From: Piromyces finnis finn
Taxonomy: Eukaryota > Fungi > Neocallimastigomycota
Length of the DNA: 64,000 bases
Direction: 5' to 3'
NCBI GenBank assembly: GCA_002104945.1
Contig: MCFH01000004.1
Location: 248,001 to 312,000, forward strand
A program made the position numbers and the translations under genes. Below the pieces are notes generated by a model. It saw nothing but the letters and a program-made list of their open reading frames with translations. It was not told the origin of the DNA and made no database searches. Of the stretch, positions 51,367 to 64,000 are shown one piece after another. Each line of letters begins with the position of its first letter. Within the stretch, counting starts at the first letter, position 1.

Positions 51367-54163
51367 ATGGATTTTAGTTTTAGAAATTTAAAGAAATTTG
51401 TTTCAGATAATTTCTTACTTGAAGAAAATGAAAATTCACAAGAATCAAACTCATATTACCAAAATAATACTGATAATACTTTGAAAGAAAAGGATATAGT
51501 TAAAGTATGTATAATATATAATAATATATAATTTTTTATAATTTAATTTAAAAAAGTTAAATTATTAATAATAACAACAACCATATTAATAATGATAACA
51601 ACAACAACAACAACAACAATAATATATATATTTAAATTTTTTATGGCAAAAGAAAAATTTATTAAGAAATACATCAAAACTTTCATATGATATATTATTA
51701 CATATTTTTGAAATAATAAATTCAAGACCAGACCAAAAAGATGATTTAATAAATTGTATTCAAGTATGTAAACTTTGGGCATATGTGGTATCAGGAATAA
51801 TTTGGAGGGATATAACACTTAAAAACAAAACATTAAATATATCATGGATATTAGGTTTATCAAGAAGGAGAGAAATAACACAAAATTCTTTGGAATCTGA
51901 TAAATATATCCAAACAGGAAGGTTTACATCTGCTTTTGGAATTCGTATTCCTTTATTCCAAATAAATGAAATAATACCTTCAATTGTAAATTATTCAAAA
52001 AATGGAAATTCCTTTCAAAAAAATGTACCCTTGTTATCTTATACAGGACTGATAAGAACTTTAGTATTATCATCTTCATATAATGATTTTTTTAAAGAGA
52101 ATAAACTAATTTCTCCTGCATTTGCTATATATAGAGATTATGATTCTTCTGTAAATAGAAAAAATAATAAATATAGTTGTAAAAATAATACTGCTTTAAA
52201 AGAAAATATAAATATGTATTTAAACAGTAGTCCTGATGCGAGAAGGAAAATGGAATACGAATTTATAAAAATGAAAACGGAATATGAATATGATATAAGT
52301 CAGGAAGAAGCTGAAGTTAGAGTGATAAGAGAATGTTGTTCCACAATACGATCTGTTATACTTCAGGGTGAATTTATATCGCCTAATTTAGTGAAGACAC
52401 TTATTAAATACATAAAAAATATAAAATCATTAAATATTGTAGATTGTGTTGTAGAAAATAATGGCTTTATTCACAAATTATCAAATGAAATAAAAAATTC
52501 TTTGGAAGAATTAAATGCTTCCTTAAAAAATTATGGAAGTTATATGAGATACCCAATTAATCCAAATGAACTTTTATATGAAATTAATAATTTTAAAAAA
52601 ATAAAAAGGCTACATTTGAGCAACTACTTGGAACACGATGCTTTCACAAATGTTATGAAGAAATTGAAATTTGATTTAGAAAGCGGTTCCACTAATAACA
52701 GTCCCTTAAGCCCAATCAGCAGTGGATCCGAAACAAGTCGTTTTGGTGTGGGAGATAGAAATACTATGAGAGCAAATTTTTTAAGATATCAAGCTCTTCA
52801 TTCAACCGCTCATGCCGAATCTCAACTATTTAGTAATACCAATGCTATGAATATAACTTTAAATGGTGGTAGTAGTAACATATTGAGTGAAAAGGATAAC
52901 CTATTAATAGAAGAAAATTATTTACCGATCATTCAAGAATTAGAACTTATTTGTTATCGAAGAATAGAACATGAAAAAAACAATTTATTTTTATTAAGTA
53001 ATTTATTAAGTGGCAAAACTTTATTATATTTAACAATTAAATCATTACAAGGTGGTGTTATTTGTAATTCACTTGCAAATTTTTTAATTAGGGCTACCAA
53101 TTTAAAATATTTATTCTTTTATATTGCTAATCCAGAAATTACAGATGATATTGAAGTACAAGGTGAATTGCCTGAGAATCGTCGTCTTTCTTCAGTATTT
53201 GATCGTTCTTTATTTTTAAATAGACGACTTTCAATTGCATCATCCATTGATAATATACCAATTTCACCTATATCATCTTCTCCATCGTTTAATCGATCTG
53301 TTATCTCTGAACTTGAGATTATTGGCTCTTACGCTTCTCTTTGCTTAAATAAATTAGAGCTAGAATGGGAAGAATTTGGAGAAGATTTTGATTCCCTTGA
53401 AAAATGCATTATGGATATTAGTATGAGAGTGGAGAGAAGAAAACAGAGACTTCAGAATATGGATCAACCCTCCCAAAAACACCTATTATCATTCAATAAG
53501 GTAAAACTTACTCCTCCAACTGGTATTAGAACCTTAGTATTCCATAGCTTGACAGTGAATAATAGTGAACGTTTATTTAAATTATTAAATTTGATTCCTA
53601 CACTCAATTCTCTTACTATCTTACCTAAATATGATGATACGGATCATAAAGTATTATCTGAAAGTGTGAATCAATTATTAAATTCGTTTACATATTCTTT
53701 TGTAAATGAAACTTCTAAATACTTTGAACAGTGGGTTGACACTAATGATGTTGGAAAGCGCCATATAGAGCAAGGTCTTCGTCAAGGACGTGATCGATCC
53801 ATTAATTATACCAATTTAAAAACTATTTTTTTAGGTGTTTCATTTATACAACCTGAAGATTTAAAAACAATTGCTCAATCATGTCCAAATCTAAAAGAGC
53901 TTTGCTTATTTAGGGCCGGCTCTCTTAATCAATCTGATATTTATTTCAATGAATGGGAGAAATTTAAGAAAAAAGTTAGAGTATTACTGAATCAGGATAG
54001 GATGGGTTGTTGTGATATTTTAGAATCGGCATCATCAACGTCTAATATTCAAGAGAATGATGATAAATATTATTTAAATTTCTATAGAATTAATAATCCT
54101 TCATTACATATTTACCTTAATTCAGAAAAAATATTTAAATGGATAAGGGAAAGTAAACTTTAA
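51367..54163 (+). CDS. F-box protein with a degenerate LRR/RNI-like C-terminus; exons 51367-51504 and 51653-54163 (882 aa)
   Basis: Phase-0 intron GTATGT..AAG. The frame upstream of the listed ORF reads LSYDILLHIFEII...DLINCIQVCKLWAYVVSGIIWRDI (F-box). LRR-like segments include LKTIFL and CPNLKELCL. Confidence 0.8.
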
Positions 54164-54925
54164 AAAAAAATTACCATTATACATATTACTACTTATATTT
54201 CTTTTAAAGCAAAATAAAATAAAATAAAATTAAATAAATGAAAAAAAAAAAGGAATATGCTTAAAAAAAATATTAATAAAAAATATTAATAATAAAAAAA
54301 TATCTATATATTTATTATTTTTTTAATATATTTATTTATTAAAATTTTATTAATTTATCATTAAAAATAAAAAGAAAAATGTATTGAAAAATTGAATGTT
54401 AAGTATGCTAGTAAATATAAAACTATAAAAGTGAAAAGTGTACAAAAAAGGATTATTTAAAGTATTATTAAACTAAAATTAAAAATTCAATACAATAGTA
54501 TAATTTTAAAAAAGAAAAAAAAGTATATTAGAATTAATTAATAAAATTTTAGAGTTTCAAATTTTTTTAAATAAACAATGATCAACTTTAATAGTTAATT
54601 TTTTTTAAATTTCAATTTTTTATTTTATTAAATTATCAAAGATATAATTATACAATTGTTTATTTTATAAAATTTAAGTGGTTTAGTTATTCACAAAAGT
54701 TTATTTTATGTTATATATAATTTCTTTTTTAATGCCTATATTCTTATACTGTTCAGAATAAAAATACGTTTAAAATATATATCAAGCCAATTTAATAATA
54801 TTTTAGAATTAATGAAATATATGATTTAATTTTTCATAAAAATTTTGAATTAGAATAGTTTTTGATAGTAAAATTTTTTTTTAATAGTATAGAATACACA
54901 CATTTTGGTTAAAAGAATAGTAGAA

Positions 54926-57900
54926 ATGTTTCATAAACATTCAGTAGTCTTTCTACTATGTTTAGTAATATGGATAAGTATAAATATATTACAAATTAGT
55001 GCATATACTATGGATACAACAACACTAGATCCATGTGGAAATGTAATATTAAAAACAGGAAATAATACTTTGAATATAGCATTTTTAGAAAGCATTCAAT
55101 TAGCAAATAATTTTGAGGCTGAACTATGTTCGGATAATATCTATTATCAAATTAAATTTGAAGAAGGAATCTATGAAATGAGTGGAAACATTGCTTATAA
55201 ACGAGAACTATATTCTTCTTATTTTGAACCTTCTATAACTCGTTTTGGAGTGTCACTTTTTGAATTAAGAAAAAGTTTAGAGATAATTGGTAAAGTTAAT
55301 GAAAATAATGAACCAGTGACAGTATTTGAATGTCCAGGAATTGGATATATGGGTTTTATTGATGTTATTCATTCCAATAGAAATGTTACCTTTAAAAATA
55401 TAAAATTTACAAAATGTTACAGTCATTATTTTAAAATATTTCATTTTAGATCTTTTGATGATTCTACACTACCAGAATATAAATTTGAAAATTGTATTTT
55501 CGAAAATAATTATGATGAATCATTGTTTTTTTATGAATACTTAGCTACCGAGGAGTAATAATAATCTATTGATTTTACTAATATATATATATATTTTAAT
55601 ATACTAAAATATTATTTAATACTTATTTATAAAATATCACCTTTTTTTTTTTTTTTAAATTAAATAATTTATTAAAACAATAGTTTAGCTGAAAATGTAA
55701 AAAAGTAATAGAATGAACATATATTTTATAATATTTTAATATTATATAGTTTTAAGAATTATAAAAATTGAACATATTATCATATTATATTTATACCTAT
55801 ATCAAATTAATTTCTAAAAATGAAATAATTTCAAAAAATTAATATTAACAGTAAAATAGGGTAAGTTTATAATAATTATATTAAACAGAATCTTTTTATA
55901 ATTATTCATTTATAGTAATATTAACAACTAACATTAAAATTTATATTATTTTTTTTTATTTAAAAATATTAATAACAAACAAATAGTAAACTATAAATAT
56001 AATGATAATAAAAGTTAGTATATATATATGTATAATTAACAAACATATAATTATAATAATAATTATTTTCGAAAGATGATAAAAAGGCTACACCAACAAA
56101 AAATATGCTTATTTTTAGATTTGAAAATAATATTTTTAGGTAAATAAAAAAAAAAAAATAATTCAATTTTTTTAATATTATTATTAATTAAAAATGAATC
56201 TTTTTATTATTATTATTATTATTATTACTACTACTTTAATTTATAATAAATTAAAATAAAATAATAGAAACAATCATGTATGGAATAGAGAAAAATGTGG
56301 TTATAGTATAATTGGTGAAAAAAAAGGTTTAACTATGAACTATTAATCGAATAATTTAATGAATCAAATATAATTTTAATTTTATAATAAGTAATTATTC
56401 AAAATTAATAGTTAAATATTATTATCATTATTATTATCACTATCAACATTATTGTTACTATCCTTACTAATTTTAGATTGCTTTTTTTCTGAAAATGAGC
56501 GTATTGAAGAAAATAAAGAATTTAATTTACAATATGGTGAAAAAAGTTATGAATATGTACATTGCCTTCCAAGTGAATCCCATCATTCAGAAGCAGCTAT
56601 TATGATTACAACACCTATGTATTATAATTGTCATAGAAATTACGGTAATTGCTATATCGATATGAAACCATCATTATTTGTTAATAATAATTTGTTTGAA
56701 GATAATACTGGTGGTGAAAGAGGTCTTTTTGATTTAAGATGTCTTGGTGCAGAATTTTCAAATAGTAAAATAATGATATTAAATAATAATACTATATATA
56801 TTATTTCCGATTTTTTATATTTTTTATTCATCTTATATTCTATATAAAATTTTTTATTTATATTAATAATTACTAAATAATAATTCAAGATAAATATAGA
56901 AATAATTGGGGTATTGATGGTGGATTATTATATACATTTGATACAAAAGTAAATATTAGAAATGAAAAGGTTAAGGATCAATATTCTTATTGGGGAAATT
57001 CTAATTCGTTATATCAAGTTTTATGTAATATATATATATATAAAATTAAAAAAAAAACATTATTCATATTATTCAAATTATCTATTATATTATTTTTCAA
57101 AAATATTAAATATATAAAATATAAAATATTTATAAAAAAATATTATCATCATCTTTCTACTAAACAAAAAATAATAGATTCAAATTTAATGTAACATTAA
57201 GGATAAATAATATTTTTTTAATATATTTTCAATGTATTGTATTTCATTAATATTTTTTTTATATAAAATAATTATAGCATTCGTGATTCAAATTATGAAA
57301 ATATTGAATCTCAAACTTCTTCTATTGTCAATATTCAAACTATTAATTCGATGGTATATATTTATGATACAAATTTTGATAGTAAGTATTAAATATTAAT
57401 ATTTTTTTTGTATAAAAGAGAGTCTATATAAATTATAATTTATAAATTATCCATAAACAATTTTTTATTTTCTTTTTTTTTTTTATATATTTAAAAAGAT
57501 GTTATTTATCCATTTGAAGTTAGTTCAAGTGGTGCTGAATTACATTGTAAAAATTGTGTCATTAAAAACGTAAAAAGAAATTTATCTAAAAATAAACCAA
57601 CTATTGCTCAAACTTCAGGATTATCGCAAATTTATTTAAATGACACGGATATATATAATATTCAAACACCACCTCTTTTCAAAGCAATTGAATCATCATC
57701 TATTAAATTTAGTTCAGTATCTATTCATGATGTTGATGCAATGGAAAATATTGGCTTAATTAGTATAGTAACATCAGCAAGTGTTGTTTTTAATAATTCA
57801 AAAATTTATAATATTAGATTTAATAGAGTATTAGATTATGCTTATTTAATTAGTTTTTTGTCTTCATCAAGCCTTTCCATTAAAAACACAGAAATTTATG

Positions 57901-60839
57901 ATATAGATATAGATGGTGATTTAATATATATTGAAAGTGCTGATAAAAATAGTAATTCCTTGTATATAGAAAATTCAAAATTTAAAAATATTAATATTAA
58001 TACTGGATCAATCATCAAAATTTCTACAAGTCAGGTAAATAATAATAATTAGAATAATAATAAATAATAATAATTAGAATAATAATAATAATAATTAATA
58101 ATAATAAAATTAAAATTAAATAGTGTAAATTCCAAATTAAAAATTCAAGTTTTATTGATAATGTAAGGTCATGTAATTCATATGATGATATTACGGAATG
58201 TTCGGGTGTTATTTTAGTTAATACAGATCTTGGCGAAAGCACTATTGATAATTGTCTTTTCCAAAATAATACCTCTGGTATTGGTCCAGCAATTACAATT
58301 AAGGATATTGATCATGTAGAATTAAATATTCAAAACTCCCAATTTATTAAAAATAATGCACAAAATCAAGGTAAATAAATTTAGGAAATATTTATTTTTT
58401 TTTAAATTGAAAAAAAAAAAATGTAAAATAAAAAATGAAGAAATTATATATATATATATAAATAAAATAATAGTAAAATTTTTTTTAAATAAGAAGCATT
58501 TAATAATAATATACATTTTTTAATATAAAAAGGAGGGGCTTTGTATATTAGTGGTAAGGATTATTTAAAAGATGATAGCAACAGTTTAAAAATGAGAAAT
58601 TTAGAATTTAAAGAAAATCATTCAAATTCTGGTGGTGCTATGTATATTGATTTTCCTGGATACAATAAAGAAACAATTGAATCAACAAATTTTATTAATA
58701 ATGTTGCAGACAATGGTGGTGGTATTTTCTATTTTCCATCTAATATCACATTGAATCAACCAAATCTTGATAAAGCTTGCATTATGAATGGTAATAAGGC
58801 TTTATTTGGTACTACCTATTCCTCTGATCCATATAAGATAGTATTAAAAGAAGGTCCATCAAAAATTAATTCTTATAGTGGCGAATCTGCTTTTAGTTTT
58901 ACATTAGAATTACAAGACGAATATGGTAATATTATTTCAACCAATTTTGAAGATGGTTCTTTCTCTTTACAAAACATGATTTTCATAAAAGCTGTAGTTA
59001 TCAATAAAGATGATGAATATGAATCGATTTTGAAAAAAGGAAGTGCTAATGATGTTGAAATTATTGGTGAATCTTTTGGATATTTCCAAAAAGGTATATA
59101 TATTATTTTTTTTTCTATTAAAAAGATAATTAAAATTTGAATAAATTTTAATTATATATTTATTATATATGAATAATAATGAATATGGTTTAAAAATTTT
59201 TATATTAGGTACTTGCTCATTTTCTATGCAATTCTATTCTGAAAATATTAATGAATATAAATTAATCATGTATGTGGCTCTTTCTGCATATAAATCAGAT
59301 GACTTATATATTAATATTGACCTAAATATGACAACTTGTCCTTTAGGCATGTATTTAAAAGAAAACAAAGTATCCCGTTTCAAAGGATGTGTATTAGCAG
59401 CATGTGAAGATGATGGATGTGTAAATGGTATTTGTGAACATATAAATGAAAATGAAAATCAATGTAAGTGTGATGCTGGTTATATTGGAAGTAAATGTGA
59501 TATGAAAGAAAGATATACTCTCAGGTATGTTCAGTGTACAAAACAAAACAAAACAAAACAAAAACAAAACAAAAAAAATTACTTTTTATTTTTTTTATAT
59601 TAAATTATTTCTATACTTAAATTTATGTTATAATTATAGCAAAGGTTTCAGTATTTGTAATATAATTCTTTCTATCATTGGAATAATAATAACAGTATGT
59701 ATGCTAATATTTATACTTGTGAAAAGACAAAAATTAATTGTCAGAATGAGTGGGGTAAAACACCTTATTTTGATTTCATTAGGATGTATTATGGGATTTT
59801 CCTCAATTATATTTGATTTCAGAAGACCGACTAAATTATCGTGTATTTTAAGAGAAACATTAATTAATATTGGTTCAATAATGGTATACACCATATTATA
59901 TCTAAAGATTTATTACTTTATTATTAATAATATACCTGAAAATATTAGTTTCAGTGAGAGTTCATCTTTAAAATCTTATGGAGAAAGTAAGAATGGTAGA
60001 GAATCCTCAATGAAGGTTTCTAAATTTGAAATGTCTATGGATGTAAAATCTGGTTTTAATTACGTTACAACTGTTAACAATAATAATGCTAATGAGTTGC
60101 TAAATCAAACGAATCAAAACAAGAAAGAAATTGAAGGCATCGCTAATAGCATTTTTAGAAAACAATATGTAGAAGGATTAAAAAAGAATTTCCATCGTAT
60201 TTTTAGTTTTATTTTGATACTATTTACTTTATCTTATATTGTTGAAATCATCTTATATTTAAAAATTGGTTTAAAAGATAAACAAATGTCAAATTATTTA
60301 TGGGCAGAAACATGTGAAAGTTTAGATTTTTTGCCAATTCCATATGCAGTTTTTTTACTTTTAATAATAATGTTATTATCAAATGTAAGAAAATTATGGT
60401 CCTTATCCTCTATATTTATTGAAACAAAGCATATATGGTAATATTAATATTTAATATTATTATAGAATATATGGAATATATATATATATATTTAAAAAAA
60501 GTCAATTATAATTTAACTAATATTTTTTTTATCAATATATTAATATATTCCATTAGTTACGCCATTGGAATTTGGGTAACAACTGGAACATTAATTCAAT
60601 TAATTTGTGTATCTATGATCAAACAAAATCCTAAAGTTCGTATAAGTATGATGACGTATAGTATATTCTTTTCATTCTTTATCATTGATTTCTTTTTAAT
60701 TGGATTAAAAGTTATTGCCATCTTGAAAGGCGGTGGCGATACTTGCACATATAATAACACAAAGTTAACTCAATTCTATAATGAACCATCTTCACCATAT
60801 AATAACCAAGGTGAAACTACCAATTCTTATAGACAATAG
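54926..60839 (+). CDS. Large multi-exon GPCR: signal peptide, pectin-lyase-like/Pmp-type beta-helix ectodomain, EGF module, class-C-like (7tm_3) 7TM
   Basis: Signal peptide MFHKHSVVFLLCLVIWISINILQISA. Asn/GG repeats (NHSNSGGAMYI, NNVADNGGGIFY, NNTSGIGPAI). EGF CEDDGCVNGIC...CKCDAGYIGSKC (~59403-59499). 7TM region LIVRMSGVKHLILISLGCIMGFSSIIF...PTKLSCILRE. Internal exon boundaries were only partly resolved. Confidence 0.78.
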
Positions 60840-61563
60840 GAATAGAAATAAATAATAAAAATATTCAATGAAAGATCAGCAAATATATTTTTTTCTTTTT
60901 TCTTTCTTTCTTTATATATATATTATTATTGTTAATATCATTATAAAAATAATTTATATTTTAATCTTTTTTTTTTTTTTTTTTATTTCAACAACTTTTC
61001 CAAATTATATTTACATATTATTTTATTTTATTTTATTTTTTTATTTTTATTTTTTTTTTTTAAAAAAATCGATAAATTTTCTATATTAAATAAAATCTTA
61101 AAATAGATCAAGATTATACCATAATATAGTATAATAATACTAGAAAAAAAAAAATTAAAATAAAAGCATAACATACATATATAATACTATAATACTGTTA
61201 ATACTGTTTTTTTTTTTTTTTTTTTTACTCATACATAATTTATTCCTTTACTATGAATTAAATAATTTTCATATATTTAATAAAATAAAAAAAAAAAAGA
61301 ATAAAGTTTTAAATACTATTTTGCAAAATAGATATGTTCTTATACATTTATAAAACTAATAATATTTCAAAAATATGATACTGATGATATATGATATATA
61401 TTTTAAAAAGACAGCTTTTTGAATTACAATACTAAATACGAGTTATTCGTATACTGGATATAAATCGTTAATAAATTTACTATTTAAAATCTATTAATTT
61501 ATTAATACTTAAACTTTAGGTAATTTCTATTTTTTTTTATTCATATATACTTTCTATATAAAA

Positions 61564-62989
61564 TTATATTTTTTTGAATTTTGCTTGAACAAAACGTCTT
61601 TCAAATGTTATTTGCTGTTTTCTATTCGTTGTTTCTTTTAATACATAGTTATTTTCAATTTCTTCAAAACCGTTTCTAATAAATAATTCATTAAGGAATT
61701 CTATTTTTTTTTTTTGCATATTTAAAATATAAAAAAAAAATTAATAATAATCGTTTAAAGTTTTTATCAATAATTATAATTGTGATAGTTAGTTGCTTTT
61801 TACCTAAAGAGAAATAATATGCCAACGTTCCATCATGTCTAACATATAAATTTTCTTCTACACAATGTCCTGGTTTAAAGCGTAATTGTGCTTGATCATA
61901 TAAACCTTTAAAAATCATAGTTTTATTAATAAGAAAATTATTAAAAAGACAATATTATGTACTATATACTATATATATTCTATTAATATATTACCATAAT
62001 CTCTAAATAATACTACACCACCCTTTTTCATTACCTACAATATAACATATATATATAATATAAAGTATTTTATTGAGTTATAAAGTGGTGCTACATTTTT
62101 AAAGGATTACAATTCCATCATATATTTAATAATATATATTCAAAAATATTTGAATTAAACGTACTTGTTTAACATTTTGTATTACAAAATCCATTTTTTC
62201 AGGTGGAATAGCACTAAGACAAAATATCATAGAGACGATATCTAATGAATCTTCTGGTACATTTTCTACAATCTTATCTTTTGTTATGTCACAAACAAAA
62301 GCATTACATCTTTCATTATAATTATCATTACTCTTTAAAAAATAATTATATATTATTATTATTTTTCCATTAATAATTTTATATATACATAATTTTATTA
62401 ATATAAAACCTACTTTAACAAATTCGATAGCTCTTTTAGAAAAATCGCAGCAATGAATAAAAAGATTTGGATTTAATTTAATTAATGGAAAAACAAAGTT
62501 TCCTACACCACAACCAATTTCTTTAAACATTATTATTTAAAAAGTAAAATTTTAGGAATTACTAATATATATATTGAATAATTATTTTATAATTAATAAT
62601 AACCTAATAATTGTTTTTTCTCTCCATTATCTTGTAATTCTTCAAATTCTCTGTCAGTCCAGTGTCTATCTTTAAAAAAATTTACAGTGTTTCTTTTGTA
62701 GAATCTAATTCAAATTATTGCGATATTATATTTTTGTAATTTCAATAATTATATTTTTATATAACATTTTTTTTTTAATTATTAAAGTTTTTTTTTTTTT
62801 TTTTAAAAAAAATTACATATCCCAATTTCTTGAAGCTTCATTTTTATATTTATTTCTGAAAAAAACATTCATAGGTTCATAATTTTTTTTTATAATCTCT
62901 ATTGATTTCAGATATTTTTCTTTTTCAATATTTTTTGGAATTTTATCAAAATCAACAGCCGTTGTCGTCGTTACGGAATTACTACTCAT
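61564..62989 (-). CDS. METTL2/6 (Trm140-like) tRNA N3-methylcytidine methyltransferase, multi-exon
   Basis: Exon 1 MSSNSV...[12 protein letters not shown], then [18 protein letters not shown] motif [30 protein letters not shown]-type region, [13 protein letters not shown] and a last exon ending [11 protein letters not shown]. Confidence 0.88.
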
Positions 62990-64000
62990 TATTTTATTAT
63001 TATTTGACTTTTTTCTTTTGGTTATATTTATTTAATTTATGGCTAGATATAGCTTTTAAAATTACTGTTATAAAAAACTCGATAAAAAAAAATATTGGTT
63101 AAAAATATTTTTGTATACGTACAAATACATTATATCAAAAAAAATTTTTAAATCATATCATTGTGGATATGTATCAAAGTGGGTGGTGTTAAAAAGAAGT
63201 AAAGACTATTAATTAAGAAAATTAATACTAATATTAGAAATGCGATCTAATTATAAATAGTGACGTAAAATAATATAAAGAGTGACAAAATAATAATAAC
63301 ATTTAACATTTTTACAGGTATACAAAGATATAATGTATTCATTATTTTTTAACACTTCTTAATAAGAATCTGTATATATGTTAAAGTATTATTATTTATT
63401 ATCATGAATAATAAAATATATACTTTTATAATTTTATATATAAAAAAGTGTTGTCTGAGTATGCATATATATAACAAATTTCAAAACTATTTGTGTGAAT
63501 GCATTCAACTATAAAAAACAAACAAACAACGAGAGTGGGTAGTGGAATTAAATATTATTTTTACTAAAAAGCGGCGTGTTTTTATGGGAAGAGGATTATC
63601 TTAGTCTTAAAAAATTGTGGTAAATTTTAATTAATAAAAATTAAAATTAAAAAAAATATATTGTACAAGATATTAATAATGATTACATTTTTATATTAAA
63701 AATTGATTAATTATTTTATTTTTTAATATTTTAAAATTCTTTAATTAATTAATAAAAATACATATTTTTTTAAAAAAAACTTAACTTGTGGATTATTACT
63801 CAATATAATTAAATATATATATGTAATATATTAAATGTTAAATATGATTGGTCAATAGAGAAAACCTCAATTTTATTGTCTTTATAATTCTTTGCTTAAG
63901 AAAATAGTATTATTAAAATTGAAAGAGAATAGTAATCAATTATTAATTAATTTTATTCAATTGTAATATATGATTCAATATAATTTATAATAAATTAATT

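Noticed and set aside
63240-63860. TGACGT, GCGGCGTG and ATTGG (CCAAT) motifs upstream of the methyltransferase gene
   Set aside because: Plausible promoter elements, but single short motifs without TSS data cannot be supported.

Overview
Extremely AT-rich, intron-containing eukaryotic DNA. Fungal dockerins, a beta-helix/EGF class-C GPCR and ankyrin debris point to an anaerobic gut fungus (Neocallimastigomycota); this assignment is inference. Host genes, left to right: 3' part of protein kinase C; a secreted modular GH45 endoglucanase; tRNA-Gln(CTG); a GT4 trehalose phosphorylase/synthase; a C2H2 transcription factor; a 7TM-RGS protein with an apparent +1 frameshift; a Cdc3-like septin; a 1214-aa W2-domain acidic protein; an F-box/LRR protein; a large class-C-like GPCR; and a METTL6/Trm140-like tRNA methyltransferase. 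The most striking structure is 18999-27341. It looks like a tandem array of APE-RT LINEs, but the junctions show a nest. Removing three copies at their own target-site duplications (TSDs) rebuilds a ~140-bp piece of the RT gene of a diverged member of the same family. Four same-orientation insertions or junctions lie within ~75 bp of that piece, which suggests a self-targeting LINE hotspot. All alignments and exon calls were made by eye; identities are approximate.
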